Shown here one piece after another: positions 46,527 to 60,579 of a DNA stretch of 64,000 nucleotides. The position numbers and the translations under genes were made by a program. Each line of letters begins with the position of its first letter. The stretch's first letter is position 1. The stretch is from Nemertoderma westbladi (taxonomy: Eukaryota > Animalia > Xenacoelomorpha), in assembly GCA_032718475.1 (NCBI GenBank), contig JAUCBJ010003847.1, forward strand, positions 1 through 64,000, in the 5' to 3' direction. The notes under the pieces are model-generated. The model ran no database searches, was not told the origin of the DNA, and saw only the letters and a program-made list of their open reading frames with translations.

Positions 46527-47890
46527 CTCTATGGTTCTTTTCGGGGAATCTCATTGATCTCGATTGCTGCAAAGCTATACAATAGAATTCTATTAAATCG
46601 CATTAGGGATCCCATATAGAGACTGCTCCGTGGAAATCAGAATGGGTTCCGTAAAGGTCGTGGGACCATGGAGCCCATTTTGGCACTTAGAAGGATAATT
46701 GAAGAGTTATCAAAAAAGAAAGACAGGCATCTGGCAGTTATCTTTGTTGACTTCTTCAAGGCCTTTGATTCAGTCTCTCGCTCACGTATGTTCAGCATAC
46801 TTTCATTATATGGGATTCCTGATTAAATTATTGCAGCAATCAGATCAGTATATGATGGTTCGACAACATTTGTGTCTACTGTTGACGGTGACACAGAACC
46901 ATTTGAAGTGTTATGGGGCGTCCTCCAGGGAGACACACTTGCACCATTCTTGTTCATAATTGTTGTTGACTATGTTCTACGCATGTTCTTAGATCATCAT
47001 AATGATGATGGGGTGATAATAACTCCACCTACTGGCTCCAGAAATCGAGGAAATCCTGCCAAGTACCTAACTGATCTAGACTTTGCTGATGACTTAGGAG
47101 TACTCTCAGAATCACTAGAGGGAGCCCAACGGCTCCTCAGCTCATTAGAACATGCTGCTTCTAGTGTTGGTCTTTTTATTAACTCCAGAAAGACCAAAAT
47201 TTTGACAGTTAACTTTGAAAGTCCTCAGCAAGTCTCTGATCGGATGAGCATAAGCTCAAAGGATGGTATGCTTGAGCATGTGGACGACTTCTGTTACCTG
47301 GGATCATGGATCCGGAAGTCAGGTGAGGACCTTCGAATACGTAAGGGAAAGGCATGGGCAGCCTTGAATAGGCTTTCCAGGATTTGGAAGTCTCCGAGAA
47401 TTAATCGGAAACTTAAGGTCCGATTATTTAGAGCAGCAGTAGTTCCAGTACTCCTCTACGGGAGTCCATGCTAGGCTCTAACTGCTAAGGACACCAAATC
47501 TCTGGATGGCACATTCACAAGAATGCTACGCCGGGTTCATTGTGTCAAGTACAATGCACACATCTCCAACCAGACACTATATAACATTGGAGGTGTCTCA
47601 TTGGTTCCCCCAAGCTTGACACTAGAACAAAATCGCCTCCGCTTTGCAGGACATTGCTTTCGCCGCATAATCTTGTACTTTGGAAGCCTCATGGAGTGAA
47701 TAAGCATGGTGGACAGCCCATGACTTTCTTGAGACGCATCTTAAAGGACACTGGCCTTGAAGATGCGGATGATCTAGCAAATGTCATGGGTGATAGGGAG
47801 TTGTAGCGGTGCAATTTTGTTGACAAGCCGGCACAGCATTCTTAAAAATGCAGCTGCAATGCAGCATGCCGATCCTAGTAGTAGTAGTAG
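46527..47890 (+). mobile_element. RTE-clade LINE fragment (RT domain to 3' tail)
   Basis: FRGISLISIAAKLYNRI, NQNGFR, GVLQGDTLAPFLF, LDFADD; (TAG)n tail; near-identical to 3720-4587. Confidence 0.92.
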
Positions 47891-48519
47891 AGAGAAGGAA
47901 GGGTGCGTTTGTATAGGGCACTCCCTTATTGGATAGCAGTAGCTTGGAGGGAAGCTAGCTATATTGTGGTTGGTAGGTGAGTGAGGGGTTGTAAGGGTGC
48001 CTGGATGAGAATAGGCCATGATATTGGTTATGGATGGAGATGGGATATTGCGGTGAGAAAGGGGGGGGGGGGATAATTGTGTAGTGATTATTGCATTTAT
48101 AAATCAAAATCATGAGTGTATTTTTATATGTTTGCCTATACGGAGGCGCGAAAAGTCGATTACAAAACCCAATAAACCCCTTAAGTGGGCCCTCGTATGG
48201 TTTGCAGTGAAACTATTTTCTAGATTATTAATTTTTGTTGCATCCACTATCTTGATTGCGTGTAGCAAGTAAGTATTCCCTTGTACATGTAATACAATTA
48301 TATTTATTACTAACTATAAATAAAGTGGAATAGGTTTGACCTATTTAATTTAAGAATAATTATAAACCACCAAATATTCTGGTCAGTGTCTATCGAGGCA
48401 AACCACCATTATTTGGGAAAATTTTTATTATTTTAAATATTAAAGCTTTTCAACCGGAGTAGTGTATTTTTTGATTTTTCTGGTGTAGACCGAATTTTTT
48501 CGAAATTTAACTATATATT

Positions 48520-49644
48520 AACTTGTGGATGCAAAAAAACGCATTTAACAAAGTGAACAGGGTGATGGCTTTATGGCACATTAGGGTGCTATGGCCAAGA
48601 TAGATGTGGGCGGGCGTTTCATGTTCAACACATACCTTGTCATTCACCTAAAGACTCAGATTCAATTAATACAAGTATGGTATGCTGATAACACCCAGGG
48701 GATCGGTAAGCTGCATCATCTTAGGGAATGGTTTGTAGAGCTCGGCCATTGTGGACCAATGTTTGATTATTATCCTGCGCCGGAAAAGTATATACTTGTT
48801 GTGGAATATACAAACATAGAGCTTGGTAATCACTTGGAGCTTGGCATCACTGTAGATGGAGATCATGATCCTGAATGAGCTGACACCACAACAACACCAG
48901 GCAGCTGAGAGGGCATCATCAGCAATATCTCACTGGCTAACAGTACCTCCAATCAAAATTCACCACTTTGACCTTTCTCCGTGCGAATTTCGCCATGGCT
49001 GCCGGCCTCTTGTCAATGCGATGAGCCGAGCTCCTGTGATGGTTGTGGGGGTATGTTTACTTTAGCCCATGCCCTCGACTGTAAGAAAGGAGGCTTGGTA
49101 ACCTTACGCCATAACGAGGTCGGAGATGCACATGGTGGGCTTTTTGATCTGGCATTCCCAGGCACTTCAGTTGAATGGGAGCCGATCATACGGGAGGTGG
49201 GTGATGAGAGTGGCATTGCTGGACTACGGGCCGACATTTCTGTGAGGGGATTTTGGCAGCCGCAGAGGAGGGCGTTGTTCGCTATTAGAGTATTTGACTC
49301 AGATGTCCCCTCTTACGCTGAAAGAACAGTCCAGTCACTATTGTCTTCTGCGGAGCATGAGAAGAATACTAAGTACTCCAATGCATGCAGTCAATGTCAG
49401 GCAGATTTCTCATCCCTGGTTACTACAGTGTACGGGTGGAGAGTACACCATAATCCTATGCCGTCTTGCTACATATTTTAGTTAGAAATGGGACAAACCA
49501 TATCCACGGGTGATGGGCTGCGTAAGAGCCAGGCTATCTTTTGCCACTTTAAGGGCAACATGTGCCTGCTTTAGGTCTTCTCACTCTGTATGGCGATGGG
49601 CTGGTGTGGTGGATGGTGCTTCCCTACCTTATGTACACATTTAA
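48520..49644 (+). mobile_element. Decayed CRE-like non-LTR retrotransposon (RT relic, Zn knuckle, restriction-like endonuclease)
   Basis: VDAKNAFN (frameshifted), QVWYADN, CDGCG...HALDCKKGG...RHNEV, RADISVRGFW. Confidence 0.75.
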
Positions 49645-50829
49645 ATATAGTAGACTTTTGTTGTTGTTTGCAATTTTTGTATAACGTTTCATATAGTTTC
49701 AGTGTCAGTTTCAATGTCAGTAAAAATGTCTTTTGTAATTTAGTTACTATTAACTAAATTACATTAAATTAACCAAGTTACTATTAACTAAATATTAACG
49801 TTATTCTGGGATAACAGACCATACACACCAATAGAGGGCTGTTGGTTGAAAGTCCTGCAGCTATCAACTGTGATTTTTTCATACTGTTTAGCCACTGTTT
49901 TTGGGATTCTTATGAGTCCACCTTATTCTCACAAAGAGGACATGCTTTCGTATCCTCAAAAATGAAAATAAAACCCTTACCTTATAGGGTTGCTCGATTC
50001 CTAGGCAGTTTCGAGCGGCTGTCTTTCCTTTATATCAGGTTTGGAACTGTGGTTTGGAAAACACACAGGTTCCTGATAAAGTGGTGTAAAAGCCACACCT
50101 ACCAAACGTGTCAATTATTATTTATTTGACAGAAAAATAAAATCATTTTTTTTCAAGATAATCATTGGGAATTATTCTTATTAAAAAGTTTTATTATTTC
50201 ACTATCTAATAAAGTACCGGTAAATAGTGACTACTTTATATTACCAAAAACTAACCATCGCGTCTCTCTTTCCCCCCAAGCAGGAGTACAGTATAACCTG
50301 TGTTGACATGAAAACTCACCTTTGTGTTTGATTGAGGGTTTTTACATTTCTCCTTTTAGAGTTGGTGAAGTTCTTTTTTGTTGTTGCTAATAAGCTAAGT
50401 TTTACGTGACACAGGTAATTGGGGATGGGTGGTGTGCATATTTGGTGCAATTTCACTTTGAGTGTCTTACCCCTTTTTATATAATTTTGCGGCAAGAGAA
50501 AACTTACATTCCTTTTTTACTTTGAAAATTTCCATTGGTATTTGCTCTGGCAATATTCCAGTGCCGGCTGTTTCAGACCAACCTCTTGACCTCGGTTGAG
50601 ACCAGTAAGTTCCTAGTAGCATGGGAACTGAAGAGGAACGTGGGCAACAAGCCATACTTGGTGTCACCAACGAAATTTTTTCAAAGGTAAATTTTCAGAA
50701 AGCGTTCAATCCTAGCTATAGAACAGTTGATCCTAGTACTACCCTAATTAAGATCAAAATTCAATATTCGGGAGGGCCCCTGTAATTAAGCCAGCCTGAC
50801 AAAATTAATATAGAGTTGATCCTCAGGAT

Positions 50830-53800
50830 AGGGTCGAATATGTCTAACGCGATGCACTCATTGACGGACCCTGGTGAGAGACCTATCAACCAATCACAGA
50901 CCATACGGGACACAATGCCAACTACAGTGCATCCCGTAGAGGAACCGCCCACTTCAATCTGGGTTGACGGAACCCCAATAACGTCTCCCCAACAATATAG
51001 AGTTTGTATGGGGGAAGCTGAGATTAAAAGAAATGAAGGAGAAGATGTTCCGAAACCCACTCTACCAAACATACCTTTAATAGATACTAGCAGCTTCATA
51101 GATCAACATGAAAACGAACCTATAAAGATTGAGTTGCCACACGCCTCAAAAACTCAGCAAACAAAACCCTTGCAGAGGGATGTGTAGAAATGATAACCGA
51201 ATCTCTTATAAATGAATCGACGAGTAATGATAATGTAAATAATAAGCGGATGGGACAGGTTCCTGTAGGAGTGGGACCCACCTTCCCTCCCTCATGAGAG
51301 GTATTGGAAGACCCTGTGACCTCGGGAACTGTCCAAGAAGAACCGCTAAGGAAAAATGATGATAAACAGACGGGACAGGTTTCAGGAGCAGGAGCAGGAG
51401 CAGGACCTACCTTCCCTCCCACACGGGAGGGGTTGGAGGTACTTGTGCCCTCAGAAACTGTCAAAGAAGAACAGCTAAGGATAGCAAATGAACAGTTAGT
51501 TGAGTTTCTACATATAATAAATAATATGAATAAAGAGCCAATCAACGAGGAGAAGAGACCAACTCGACATATAACACCCAAACCTTATCAACACATGAAT
51601 CTCTGCATGAGAACGGATTCTGAAGACTCCAGCGAGAGTAATATTCCTCCTCAAAAAGTTTACCCAGAAATGGAAAACTTGAAAACTAACATCAAAGATT
51701 TATCTGAAACTGTTAAAAACTGAACACAAAACCTAAACACTCCACGCCAAGAAACAAAGGCGAAGAGATCGGAGCACTCAGCGCGACCCCATCAGACGAA
51801 TTGCCATTTGTCTCATCAATGTACAAAGTCAAAGACAATTTACATTACAAAGCGTATTATATAATGGTGGAAGTAAGTCGCCAATGAACCATCCTCACAC
51901 AAGAGTCCCATTGTCACCTCATCCCCAAGACGTCCGATTCTACACTGGACACTCATTCCCAAAAGACCACTATACACCCAGTAGAGCGTGTCCAGAGGTG
52001 CCACCGAATGAACCGGATGACCCATTCAATGGTGATGACAATGACAAACCCCTGAGGAAACGGAAAAACAAGATCCCCAAGAAAAAAACAGGGAAATGAC
52101 AAAACTAAAAAGAACCGCCTCCACAACCACGTCGGAAATGGCAACCAGATCCGTCACCAGATCCAAGTGATTTCTCATCATCATCCTCCGAATCGGATTT
52201 CAGCGATGATTCATCCTCAACGTCTTCTGAGAAACATTGAAGACGCCAAAAGCGAGATAAACGAAATTATCAACTCCAAATGGGTGATATCTTAGCAACA
52301 TCCCTAGAAGGACCAAGACTGGAATCAACAAAATTTAATGGAAACTCAGCGGAATTTATCTCGTTCAAAGCACATTTTATTGCTCAAGTGGATAGCAAAA
52401 ACGTCCCCATAACCACAAAAATAAGATGTCTGTTAACCTATATATCTGGGAAGGCATCACAGAAGGTCAAACATTATGAGGGAGTAGACGATGGATATCA
52501 GCATGCATGGGACATGTTAGAGAAGAACTTTGGTAACCCGACAGCTGTAATGAAATCAGTGATACATAATGTCACCACGTGTAAATTCCCGATTGTAACA
52601 GATTCACACGTAGACGAATACGCGGATGACATCCGACAAAGTCTGGAAATACTCCAAACATTAAAATGTCCACACGCACTAAATAGTGCTGACAATATGA
52701 GCAGAATCGTAGTGAATCTGGACTTCTCGGCTCGATAAAAATGGGTGAACGAGGCGCAACACTTCCGTCTACGACATGGTACCGAACCCGACATGTATGC
52801 ATTCGCTGATTGGATAGAGAAATAAGCTGATAGAGTTAAAGATCCTTTGTTTGACAACCTTGCGTTGAAGGAACTTCTATCCATTCAAATGGGAGAGTCC
52901 TACGCTAGGATACGTCCCTCTATGGTTCAAACAATGACCATTCTCACATTGCGGAAAGGTAAAGCAGAGAAATTAAACCTGAAATCTGCTGCCAAAACTA
53001 AACCTATCCCAGCAGTGCACAGTCTAGCCATCCAATCCCAAGAAGAAGGAGAAAATGTTCGTGTGACCAAACACGTCACAGATGAAGAGGAAATATACTC
53101 AAGTGATGATGATTTCTAGACAACTAATCCACATATTAACACGTTTGCAATAACATGGTCTGCTGAACCGATAAACATCTATCCAGGCGGACTAACCCAA
53201 CAATGTTATGAAAGCAACGGGAAACATCGTGTGAATCAGTGTCCGAAATTCCAAAGTCTCTCACACAAGGAGAAGTATGATACATGTTTCCATCTACAAC
53301 TCTGCTTAGTCTGTCAAGGTTTGAGACATTTCCATAAACATTGTAAATCATTAGAAAAATATCGGTGTTCTAAAACCACCAAGGAGGGCATGTGCCAGGA
53401 GGCACATAGCCCAGATCTTCATCCAGAACCAGCCGACATAAATGACAAATTCAAATGGTTAACAGATGAATATAAGAGAGTAGCAAGTGGACCTCCAACA
53501 CCTCACGAGGCATGGTTGAAACTCCATCCTGAGAGTAAAGGATCAAAGAATACCCTGAAAACTCTTCCTCCACCACCAAAAACAACTACCTCGTTGTTTC
53601 AAGTATATTATTATGAAGACACGACACTATGCACAATGCCTCCTACTAATAACGACGAGATTACGGCGATGGGCCACCAAAAAGGGAGCAGCGGTATTCC
53701 TAAAGATCATCCCTATACAAGTCGAAAACTGCAACACAAACGCCATTATATCAACATATGCGTTCCTTGATAACGGTTCAACAGGCACCTTCATAGACAG

Positions 53801-54110
53801 ACATTTAGCTGACCAGCTGGGTTTACCCATGAACAAGGCTGTTATCTGTATCAACACCATGTCCGATAAGAAGACATTGAACACCCATTGAACAACGTGT
53901 GGGATTCAACCCTTGGTTGATACAAATGGTGTCGAACACTACCTTATATCATTGTAATTGAAAACCTGAAAATCGATTATAATCGCCCGTCAGAATGGCC
54001 CTTAGAAAGGATCCAACATCTTAGAAGCCTAAAGACACCAGATGACAACATCGCGGTCGATAGGGTTTCAATTCTCATTGGTATCAACTTCCCGCTTCTA
54101 CATACGATAG
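50830..54110 (+). mobile_element. Decayed BEL/Pao gag-protease from a different family, cut by an RTE LINE
   Basis: STKFNGNSAEFISFKAHF...AWDMLEKNFGNP, LCLVCQGLRHFHKHC, TYAFLDNGSTGTF; many stops. Confidence 0.8.
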
Positions 54111-55353
54111 TACTACTAGGATCGGCATTTTTAAGAATGCTGTGCCGGCTTGTCGACAAAATTGCACCACCACAACTCCCTATCACCCATGATATTTGCT
54201 AGATCATCCGCATATTCAAGGCCAGTGTCCTTTAAGATGCGTCTCAAGAAAGTCATGGGCTGTCCACCATGTTTATTCACTTCATGACGCTGCCAAAGCA
54301 CAAGATTATGCACTGGCTGGTCCTGCAATGTCCTGCAAAGTGGAGGCGACTTTGTTCTAGTGTCAAGCTTGGGGGAACCAATGAGACACCTCCAATGTTA
54401 TATAGTGTCTGTTTGGAAATGTGTGCATTGTACTTGACACAATGAACCCGGCGCAGCATTCTTGTGAATGTTCCATCCAAAGATTTGGTGTCCTCAGTAG
54501 TTAGAGCCCAGCATGGACTCCACTAGAGGAGTACTGGAACTACTGCTGCTGTAAATAATCGGACCTTAAGTTTCCGATTATTTATCTGTGACTTCCAAAT
54601 CCTGGAAAGCCTATTCAAGGCTGCCCATGCCTTTCCCTTACGTATTCAAAGGTCCTCACCTGACTTCCGGATCCATGACCCCAGGTAACAGAAGTCGTCC
54701 ACATGCTCAAGCATACCATCCTTTGAGCTCATACTCATCCGGTCAGAAACTTGCTATGCTGAGGACTTTCAAAGTTAACTGTCAAAAGTGTCGTCTTTTT
54801 GGAGTTAATAAAAAGACCAACACTAGAAGCAGCCTGTTCTAATGAGCTGATGAGCCGTTGGGCTCCCACTAGTGATTCTGAGAGTACTCCGAAGTCATCA
54901 GCAAAGTCTAGATCAGTTAGGTACTTGGGAGGATTTCCTCGACTTCTGGAGCCTGTAGGTAGAGTTACCATCACCCCATCATCATTATGATGATCTAAGG
55001 ACATGCGTAGAACATAGTCAACCACAATTATGAACAAGAATGGTGCACGTGTGTCTCCCTGGAGGACTCCCAATAACACTTAAAATGGTTTTGTAGTAGA
55101 CACAGTAGACACAAATGTTGTCGAACCATCGTATACTGATTTGATTGCTGCAATAATTTCATCAGGAATCCCATATAAAGAAAGTATGCTGAACATACGT
55201 GAGCGGGAGACTGAATCAAAGGCCTGGAAAAGTCAATGAAGATAACAACCAGATGCCTGTCTTTCTTTTTTGATAACTCTTCAATTATCCTTCTAAGTGC
55301 CAAAATGGGCTCCATGGTCCCACGACCTTTACGGAACCCATTCTGATTCCCAC
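54111..55353 (-). mobile_element. 5'-truncated RTE-clade LINE (older copy)
   Basis: NQNGFRKGRGT, GVLQGDT, LDFADD, (TAG)n tail; same family as the two other copies, with more substitutions. Confidence 0.9.
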
Positions 55354-56539
55354 CTACAGTACTAACCATTGCAATTGCAATGGTCAGTACTATAGGTGGG
55401 TCCCTCCTCAGTCATTATCATCAACCTATAAACCATTTAAACGGCCCAGTGCTTACAATTCAATCAGCTGGCCTCCCACCTAACATCTATGAGTAAACTT
55501 ATAGATATTCCCATAGGATTTTTCTGGGAAGAGCTATTCAGCTGGCGGGGTAATACATTATACAAACTTACAGTTGATGTTTGATTACTGTCTGGGATAG
55601 AGAGGGAGAGAGTAATAAACTTGGCAAGTAATATACTTCTGTGCAGTTTGGGCCTATCCATTCAATCAATACTAGTAGCTTACTAGACCCTCATGAGTAC
55701 CAGCTGCTGGTGTTTCTATCGTTGAGTTGATGGCAATTTTCGTGTTTTCATTTTCGCTCACTCTGGGTACTGGTTTGAGGGGTAGGTTCGTTTAAAGTCG
55801 TGTAAAGCTTTCTAGTATATCAACGTTTTCACATTTTTTTAAATAATTTTAAAATATGCCAGCTAGTAAAAAAAAACTACCTTAATAAATAAATACTACT
55901 AATGTTCTAGAACATTCAATGGAACATATATATAACAGTATAGTATATATGTATCCTGCCCATTGCCCCATTTTTGGTAACAAAAAATTTTTATTTATTT
56001 TATAGTTGATCATTTTTTGACCATTTTCATGGCTATTATCATGATATTATGTTCTGGAACATATATTTTTGAGAGACGTTAGCTATTATTTGTGTGGCAG
56101 ACATTAATATTCTATGTGAAAAAAATTACCTGACGATCTAATGTAAATTATTAGCTACCATGACTCAGAAAATTAAGGATTAATTGGGGATTAAATACGA
56201 TTAAAATGTTAAATTGCAGATTTTTTTTTACAAGCTAATCAAATGTACAAGCTAGCACAAAATCAACATTTCTAGCTACAATCTTACTGTCAGAAGGTAA
56301 AATATTTCTTCTAGAACAAAAAACATCCATCCAATCATGATAAAAGCCATTTTTACATGAAAAAATTGGTCAAATGTTGGTACCCAGGGCATAGTATATT
56401 CAGATCTTGGTACAAGACTATTACATCAAATATTAGATAAATTTAATTCCGTAGATAGAGTTATTAAATTCTAGAATACTAAATTCATTAGTAATATAAA
56501 ATATATAATAGGAATTTGTACTATAATGTATGAAGCGAA

Positions 56540-58171
56540 ATGGCATCCATAACTCCATATTCGGATTCACCCGGCAGAGAAATTTATGGAAAGCGTCTTC
56601 ACACTGCCATCTCACGTTTTAGATACTTGTTTAGAAAGAAACCACTACCCCCAGCAGATGATCACCATCAAAATGTAAGACATTCTAAAGGTCTAATGGC
56701 CTCACACAGAAAACAGCTTGATAGAGTATTCTTATGTGATGAACGAGATCAAACTGTAAAGCCTAGGAATACAATAGAAGACAATGAAGGGTTGGAAGCA
56801 GTTGGAAAAGGGGAAGGGCAGCCATCTAATATGGATGATATAGTAACATGGGACGAAGACAGAGCCACTAGATATATTTGCAAGGACGTAATTGGTTACG
56901 TTCTGAGAAGCACTCCATTTAGAATAATGATTGTGATTCTAATTGTAATAAACTCAATCTTAATTGGAGTTCAGACTGACGAACCAACACTGCGTAAGTA
57001 TGAAACATATTTTGCGAATCTTGACTTGGCGCTCACGACGGTATTTATTGCAGAGATTATTCTCAAATGGAGGTATAACTTCTATCTGTACTGGAAGAGT
57101 GGATGGAATGCCTTAGATGTGTTACTTGTGGCAGCCGTGCTTCTAGAAGATAGCCTCAAGTTTTTAGTGAGTGGTCGTGTGTTAAGGATACTTAGAGTCC
57201 TGAGGGCTTTGAGAACATTCCGTGGCGCCAATTTCCTTCTGGGGTTATCAACTCTCATACAAACAATCCTCTACTCTCTTCCAGACATGGGAAATATCGC
57301 ATTACTTCTCTTCATCGTAATGCTGATGTTATCGGTAGCTGGTTCAGTTTTATTTGGGGCAGACTTCCCCGAAAGCTTCGGTAATATAGGTACTGCGTTG
57401 TATACAAACTTTATCTGCGTAACCCAAGACGGATGGGTTGACATATACCGAGGCAATATGGACAAGAAGAGTGACCAAAGTGTTTTAGGTGCAGTATATT
57501 TCATTATTTCCATTGTAGTTGGTGCTTTTATTTTTGCGAATATAATTATTGCAGTTGTGGTAACAAATTTAGATAAATCGATTCGCGAAAGTCGAGGTTT
57601 GACCCAGACTGATCAATCGACACCAAAAGGGGATGAAATAAAAGAGGACGTCTGGGCTGACAAAACTAAGAAAATCTCCATGAAACAACCCGAGGTTGTT
57701 ATGTCCTCTTTCGATGTGTTCAAGCAAACACCACTGGAAATTATTGATTTCTCTAAAGTAACGCCGGCAAGGCTAGAAACCTATTATTTGCTTATTCTGG
57801 CTTTGGAAGAAAATCTACAGAGATATCAGAAACTCCATGAAAAACTTGTTCGACTAGTTGACAATCAGAACACATATCGCCGTAATTACTACGAAAAAAG
57901 AAATCGAGATACTCCAATCGATGATGAGAGTGTTAGTGTTGACTACAATCTTATGGCAGAATTTACGCACACAGGAGATATCGTTTCAGGTGTTGTTGAG
58001 ATGGACAAACATAATATGTTGGACAAAGATGATGGACGAGGGGGTATCCTTGATTTATTGCGCCCCCAAACTATCAAAAGAACTGCCGCCGCTAAAAATC
58101 TTATAAGACACGTCTCGAGGACATCCAACCTGATGTTAACAAAAAAGGAAGAACAAGGAAATGATAAATAA
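56540..58171 (+). CDS. CATSPER4: CatSper4-like sperm cation channel alpha subunit, intronless (paralogue B)
   Basis: Same S4, TQDGW pore, S6 and ALEENL motifs; intact 543 aa; collinear with paralogue A. Confidence 0.88.
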   Translation: MASITPYSDSPGREIYGKRLHTAISRFRYLFRKKPLPPADDHHQNVRHSKGLMASHRKQLDRVFLCDERDQTVKPRNTIEDNEGLEAVGKGEGQPSNMDDIVTWDEDRATRYICKDVIGYVLRSTPFRIMIVILIVINSILIGVQTDEPTLRKYETYFANLDLALTTVFIAEIILKWRYNFYLYWKSGWNALDVLLVAAVLLEDSLKFLVSGRVLRILRVLRALRTFRGANFLLGLSTLIQTILYSLPDMGNIALLLFIVMLMLSVAGSVLFGADFPESFGNIGTALYTNFICVTQDGWVDIYRGNMDKKSDQSVLGAVYFIISIVVGAFIFANIIIAVVVTNLDKSIRESRGLTQTDQSTPKGDEIKEDVWADKTKKISMKQPEVVMSSFDVFKQTPLEIIDFSKVTPARLETYYLLILALEENLQRYQKLHEKLVRLVDNQNTYRRNYYEKRNRDTPIDDESVSVDYNLMAEFTHTGDIVSGVVEMDKHNMLDKDDGRGGILDLLRPQTIKRTAAAKNLIRHVSRTSNLMLTKKEEQGNDK

Positions 58172-58933
58172 CAACAAAGTCGTTTTTACAGAGACATGGA
58201 CAATAATAATAAGAATTTGTAATCTGGAATTTACAAACATCCAATAACAGACATTGTGTCCCAATGAATTTGTATCTTATTTTTTAATCTTAAACTCCTT
58301 AGTTACGAAAATTTGGTAAAGGCAATATTTAAATTAAACATTGAGATGATTTTCAAAAGAATTCTTTCCCTGGCAAACAACGCCACTAAACTAAATTTCT
58401 AGGTGATTTTATTACTGTTGAATGATTAGGTTTCATTTGGTACCAAAGTAAAGTTAATAAAGTGAAGTTTTCTTAGGTCGTTAGGCCAGGGATTATGCAG
58501 ATAGTCTGATGACTTATTTCCAGGACTACTGGTATACTCCCCCCTAGGAAACTCCAGTATTAATTTAGCTACCATTTAAGGATGAAAGGCAGAGTTGCCA
58601 GTCACTTTAAAGGATTAGTGTCAAAACTAAAACTACCCTGCCCCCATGCAGGGATCGAATCCACGACATCGGAAGAGATGTGAATTCAATGCAACGGATT
58701 TATCCACTACGCCACGGTTGGACCTTTGTATTTCGTATAATTCTCATTTCATATATATTTTTCATATCAAAGTATAATTCCTACTAGTCAACAATATTAA
58801 AAATAGTATGTCGATATATGAGGCACAAATGTAGGTCCCGGCGTATTACCTAATAACCGGTAGCCAGACTTTAAATAAAATACAAATATACTTCACAAAT
58901 TTATCCAATTAAATAAATCTATATTCCTCGTAA

Positions 58934-60510
58934 GGCCCCCCTCACACGGAGCAACTTGTTTCTGCAACTTGTTTCTGAAACTTGTTACTGGACCCCCTCA
59001 CACACAGAAACAAGTTGCTTCAACTTGTTTCTGCAACTTGTTTCCGAAACTTGTTTCAGCAACTTGTTGCTGGCCCCCCCTCACACACAGAAACTTGTTG
59101 CTGAAGAAAATAACAATTATTTCCAAATAAATAGCTAGCATGTCCAGTCATTTGTATACTAGAAAGCCAGCAAGCTGACTGGAAGGAGCCCGGGGGAAGA
59201 ATTCTAGTAAAGACTATTACAAAGAACTATGTCAGTCAGCAGTAAGTAAACTAAAATTGTCTAAACTGCAAGGCGTGAGGCTAGCTGACTTTGTGGCTCG
59301 CCCCACATAATAAAAAATGCAACTTAGCTACCACTAACAAAAATATAATATGAAGCAAATAATTTCATTATCAAGCACGTTTACAAGATATAAGATGCGA
59401 TTACCGAATATTTATAAAAAATGCCCATGATGCACAACCAGATAAATAACAACGAATAGAGCCAAATAACAAATTTAGTTTCCTTCTATAGGTATTACCC
59501 CGTCGTCAAGCGGAATATCTCTTCCCAGTGAATTCTATGTGAATATGTAATATAGGTACTCCTTAGGCGGTAGGCCAGAGCGGGCTCCTTAAATACATGC
59601 AACTACTGTATTATAGTGTAGGTCAACTATAAAACATTTTGCAATCCACAGTGAGTATCGACTGCAATAGGACACAACACACTGCTTTGTGTAACTAAAA
59701 TTCATTCTCCTGATCCACCCCCTAACATAGCAGAGTGAGTAACCTTATTGTAGATATACCCTTAGGAAGCACTGGGAGAGCAATCAGCTTATGGGGTAAT
59801 ACATTAGAAACCAACAGCTTATGTGTGAGTAAACATTGCCTTTCCTTATAGCCTACTAGTAAAACTTGGCAACCAACACGTTTTTCTATGACTGTGTATA
59901 ACATATTAAGCCATATTTCATCATGAACACCAGCTGTTATTTTACCATTGCTTTTAATTTCGCGACAAAACAATGTCAAAAAACTAAATATATCGAATAC
60001 CACACATAGAATCGATCTGAAATTTTGTAACGCGATTATAAACCACCAAAGCAATGTACTTGCAAAATTTTATCAAAATCGCCAGCAAGAAGTGCCTTAA
60101 CCTAGATAATTATCAGTCAGTATGTCAGTCAGTCAGTCAGTGTAATGTATCCTCAGATTTTTACAGAAAGTATCCCTGAGATTCTTACAGTAAGTATCCC
60201 GCTGTCAAGCGGGCTCCTAATAATATCACATCACTCAAATTATCTAATATTAGCTAGTATCAAAATGGAATGTAATAAAAGTTTTTCAAAAAGTTGCTGG
60301 GAATATAACTTCCAGCAACTTGTTGCTGGACCCCCTCACACACAGAAATAAGTTGCGGAAACAAGTTGCAGAAACTTGTTGCTGGAGTCCTCACACACAG
60401 AAACAAGTTTCGGAAACAAGTTGCAGCAACAAGTTTATGTGTGTGAGGGGGTCCAGCAACAAGTTTCAGAAACAAGTTGTAGAAACAAGTTGCTCCGTGT
60501 GAGGGGGGCC
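58934..60510. mobile_element. Non-autonomous PIF/Harbinger-type element (1577 bp)
   Basis: TIR GGCCCCCCTCACACGGAGCAACTTGTTTCT at both ends, repeated aacttgtt/aacaagtt subterminal motifs, TSD TAA (58931-58933 and 60511-60513). Confidence 0.85.
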
Positions 60511-60525
60511 TAACTTACGATGTAA

Positions 60526-60579
60526 AGGTGCGTTCACATAACGTATGTGTGTGTATGTGAAAGTTATGTGAACGCACCT
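60526..60579. mobile_element. 54-bp mini-MITE, Harbinger-like
   Basis: TAA-AGGTGCGTTCACATAAC...GTTATGTGAACGCACCT-TAA: 17-bp perfect TIR with TAA flanks. Confidence 0.65.
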
